A DNA stretch of 64,000 nucleotides, from positions 14,925 to 78,924 of the forward strand of contig CAMEHU010000004.1 in NCBI GenBank assembly GCA_945917765.1, read 5' to 3'. The position numbers and the translations under genes were made by a program. Of the stretch, positions 61,569 to 64,000 are shown one piece after another; within the stretch, counting starts at the first letter, position 1; the number at the start of each line of letters is the position of its first letter. Origin of the DNA: an uncultured Lachnospiraceae bacterium. Lineage in GTDB: Bacteria > Bacillota > Clostridia > TANB77 > CAG-508. The notes under the pieces were generated by a model. The model was not told the DNA's origin. It saw only the letters and a list, made by a program, of their open reading frames with translations, and did no database searches.

Positions 61569-61751
61569 ATGAAAAAGAATTTTAGTTTTATAGCATCAAT
61601 ATTTGAAATAGTTGTTGGAATATTTGCTATAGTAGCTTTCATTACATTAGCAATTAATGGTGAATCATTATTAAAATGGGCTATAGCATTAATTTTGGCA
61701 ATATTATTAATTGGAATTGGAATTAATGGAATAATAAAATTTTGTAAATAA
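61569..61751 (+). CDS. Small 2-TM membrane protein (60 aa)
   Basis: ATG 61569 after AGGAGGAG RBS; MKKNFSFIASIFEIVVGIFAIVAFI... Confidence 0.5.
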   Translation: MKKNFSFIASIFEIVVGIFAIVAFITLAINGESLLKWAIALILAILLIGIGINGIIKFCK

Positions 61752-62150
61752 TAAATTATATACAAAATTTTGATGTTACACGCAAATTTAAATAAAATTT
61801 CAAAATTTATTCAAAAATCGTTCATTGACACATATAAAAAAGCAATATAAAATCTTATTATAAAAAATTGTGAGCAAAAGTCAGTTTAGAAAACTGGCTT
61901 TTTTCTTGCTCTAAAAAAATCCATAGATAAATAAAAATACCAACGCAGATTTTGCTTAAAAGGTAGTTATATTCAATTTTAATATAAAAAGAATATAACT
62001 ACCCTATTCACTTCATCAACTTGTTTATTTTCAAATTTAAAATGATGTGAATTAGAAAAAGCAGGTTTGCTTTTTCTATGTAGAGGAAAAATTTATTTTT
62101 ACCTCTACATGCAAAAATTGTGAAAGCAAATTTTGCAAAAACATAAATTG

Positions 62151-62248
62151 AGTGGCAAACGAAATTTGTGTTTGGGGGTTGTAGGGTTCACCCTGCCACA
62201 CTAACACTTTTTACTTTAGGTTAAAAGTGTTGTAGTGTGTTACAACAC
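62151..62248. promoter_or_regulatory. Candidate oriT: nested inverted repeats upstream of mobV
   Basis: gtggca/tgccac (62152/62194), agggt/accct (62183/62190), aacactttt/aaaagtgtt (62203/62223), gtgttgta/tacaacac (62227/62241). Confidence 0.45.
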
Positions 62249-62321
62249 ATACAAAGAAAAACTAAAATTTCTTGCAAAGTGTGTCTAAAAAAGATTCAAA
62301 ATCAAAGGAGGAAGATAAAAA

Positions 62322-63494
62322 ATGAGTTATGCTATTATTAGAAATGTGAAATATAAAAGAGAAAATCTAAAAGGAATTTATCGTCATAATGAAAGAAAAA
62401 ATTACAACTATTCAAATAAAAATATTGACAAAGAAAAGTCATATTTAAACTATGCTATAAAAGAGCCTATGTATAGTTATGAAAAAGAATTTGACAGATT
62501 AAAGGAAAAGTACGATTTAAAAGGTCAAATAAAAACAGTTAGTAATATAGCTTGTGAATATATAATTACATCAGATAAAGAATTTTTTGAGGAAATTGGT
62601 GAAGAAGAAACAAAACGATATTTTGAAACAGCATACAAGTTTGTATCAAAATACAAAAATTTAGGTGAAAATTATATAGTGTCTGCACAGGTGCATATGG
62701 ACGAGGAAACTCCACATATGCACCTTGTTTTTTTACCAGTAGTTCATACAACTGATAAAAAAGGAAATAAAATTGATAAACTTGCTTGTAGTGAATTTTG
62801 GAAAGGCAAAGATAGTTATAGAGAATTACAAAATGCTTTTTATGCTTATATGGTATCTCATAATTTTAATTTATTAAGAGGTTTACCAAAAGAAGAAACT
62901 AACAGACAACATCTTAATATAAAAGAATATAAAGAATTAACGAATTTTAATATTACCAAAGACTTAGTTGAAAGCATTACTTTAGATATTCCAGAAGAAA
63001 CCAATATAAATGATTTGAAAAAAATAATATTTAACAAAAATGAAAAAATTTTAAATGAAATTATAAAACCTAAAGAAGAACTGATAAAACAATTATACAA
63101 AGAAAATAAAGAACTACATAAAGAACTTTATAGGCAAACTAATATTGTTGATGATGCTGAAAAATATCAAATAGAAAGAAATTTTATTATTGCTGATAAT
63201 AAAGCTCTGCATGATAAAGTTAATAAATTAGAATGTGAATATAAAAATAAATCTATTGAGTTAGAATTTAAGTATAATGATAAATATGAACAATTAGAAA
63301 ATGAAAATAATAAACTTCGAGATATAATTGATAGATTTTATACTACGATTGTTTTATTTATAAAATGGGTATGTAATAAATTCGCTCTTGGAGATTCAAG
63401 AGAAGTTTTAAGAAATTTTGAAAGAGAAAATGATATTTGCATTGATCCAGTAAAGCAAATTACTAACGAACAAGAAGATGAAGAAGAAATGTAA
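62322..63494 (+). CDS. mob: MobV-family (Mob_Pre) relaxase
   Basis: N-terminal MSYAIIRNVKYKR..., HxDE...PHxH motif HMDEETPHMH, coiled-coil C-terminus. Confidence 0.85.
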   Translation: MSYAIIRNVKYKRENLKGIYRHNERKNYNYSNKNIDKEKSYLNYAIKEPMYSYEKEFDRLKEKYDLKGQIKTVSNIACEYIITSDKEFFEEIGEEETKRYFETAYKFVSKYKNLGENYIVSAQVHMDEETPHMHLVFLPVVHTTDKKGNKIDKLACSEFWKGKDSYRELQNAFYAYMVSHNFNLLRGLPKEETNRQHLNIKEYKELTNFNITKDLVESITLDIPEETNINDLKKIIFNKNEKILNEIIKPKEELIKQLYKENKELHKELYRQTNIVDDAEKYQIERNFIIADNKALHDKVNKLECEYKNKSIELEFKYNDKYEQLENENNKLRDIIDRFYTTIVLFIKWVCNKFALGDSREVLRNFERENDICIDPVKQITNEQEDEEEM

Positions 63495-63500
63495 AAAAAT

Positions 63501-63551
63501 AAGTTATCGACTATTTTTAGATAACACATACCTAAAAGTGGTCGATAACTT
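63501..63551. terminator. Bidirectional terminator hairpin
   Basis: aagttatcgac / gtcgataactt arms between convergent genes. Confidence 0.55.
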
Positions 63552-63585
63552 GATATTTTATAATGAATTGCCATAAAAACTATTA

Positions 63586-64000
63586 TTATAATTCTTTATT
63601 ATTATATATAAAATCAGCAATATTTACATTTATTACACCATCTCTATCTTGCAAAAGAACATCAGATGTAAACAAATATTTAGGATACATATTCTTTATT
63701 TCATAAAATGGTTTATATTCTCTTTCTTCAACTTTTTCATCTGCTATTGTTTTAGAAACTTGAATGTAGAAATATTTATCAAAATCTTTTCTTGCAATAA
63801 AATCACACTCTAACTTTCCTATTTTTCCAACACTTAAATTATAATTTTTACTTTTTAAATAATTATATACTATATTTTCAAGCATTGGTCCATAGCTTAT
63901 TCTATTATCAGTATTTAGAGTATAATATATACTAAAATCTGCTAAATAATATTTCTTCTCACCTTTTAAAACCATTTTTGATTTTATATCAAATAAATCA
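63586..64000 (-). CDS. C-terminal part of a DUF4143-type AAA+ ATPase family protein (5' end beyond window)
   Basis: The frame stays open upstream of the ORF-track Met up to the window edge. ...KKYYLADFSIYY... and ...ECDFIARK... resemble the DUF4143 C-terminal nuclease-like fold. Confidence 0.55.
   Translation of the reverse strand, partial: DLFDIKSKMVLKGEKKYYLADFSIYYTLNTDNRISYGPMLENIVYNYLKSKNYNLSVGKIGKLECDFIARKDFDKYFYIQVSKTIADEKVEEREYKPFYEIKNMYPKYLFTSDVLLQDRDGVINVNIADFIYNNKEL

Larger units (their letters stand above)
57299..64000. mobile_element. Second, related mobilisable element in tandem (RepA_N + MobV); right end not in window
   Basis: Starts right after the att repeat with the same layout as element 1 (hairpin, iterons, RepA_N homologue, small-ORF homologue) and carries a MobV relaxase. 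No second att copy seen before the window end. Confidence 0.55.

Overview
Very AT-rich chromosome segment from a spore-forming Firmicute, probably Clostridia-like (spoIIR, spmAB, abrB and a GerM-like gene are present), centred on the replication origin. The core backbone is: murA, rlmH, rsmI, a giant acyl-CoA-dehydratase-activase fusion, two tRNA-Ser genes, then on the minus strand parB-soj-rsmG-mnmG-mnmE-jag-yidC-yidD-rnpA-rpmH. This is followed by a bipartite oriC, with DnaA-box clusters flanking dnaA and a six-unit DnaA-trio next to an AT-rich unwinding region. Then come dnaA-dnaN-recF-gyrB ... gyrA, DnaD/DnaI-like helicase loaders, htrA, a FAD/Rieske oxidoreductase, tRNA-Arg and tRNA-Pro. 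There are three accessory regions. (1) About 6.1 kb is wedged between gyrB and gyrA. It carries a VirB4-like ATPase interrupted by stop codons, a TadZ/CpaE-like ATPase and a helical protein, and is bounded by hairpins and A-rich tandem repeats. (2) An integrated element of about 12.8 kb sits at the 3' end of tRNA-Pro (direct repeats at 44451-44468 and 57281-57298; xis-int at the distal end). It carries RepA_N, TnpV, ImmR/ImmA, an uncharacterised MBL-fold/unknown/membrane three-gene operon, a DpnII-type R-M cassette, and a visibly higher-GC module. That module encodes an 8-Cys CxC-rich peptide, a radical SAM/SPASM enzyme and a second divergent Cys-rich ORF, and is the top candidate for a novel system. 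(3) A second, related RepA_N/MobV element lies in tandem. It has a membrane-tethered XRE regulator next to a rhomboid protease and several genes broken by nonsense mutations. No rRNA genes or CRISPR arrays were seen.
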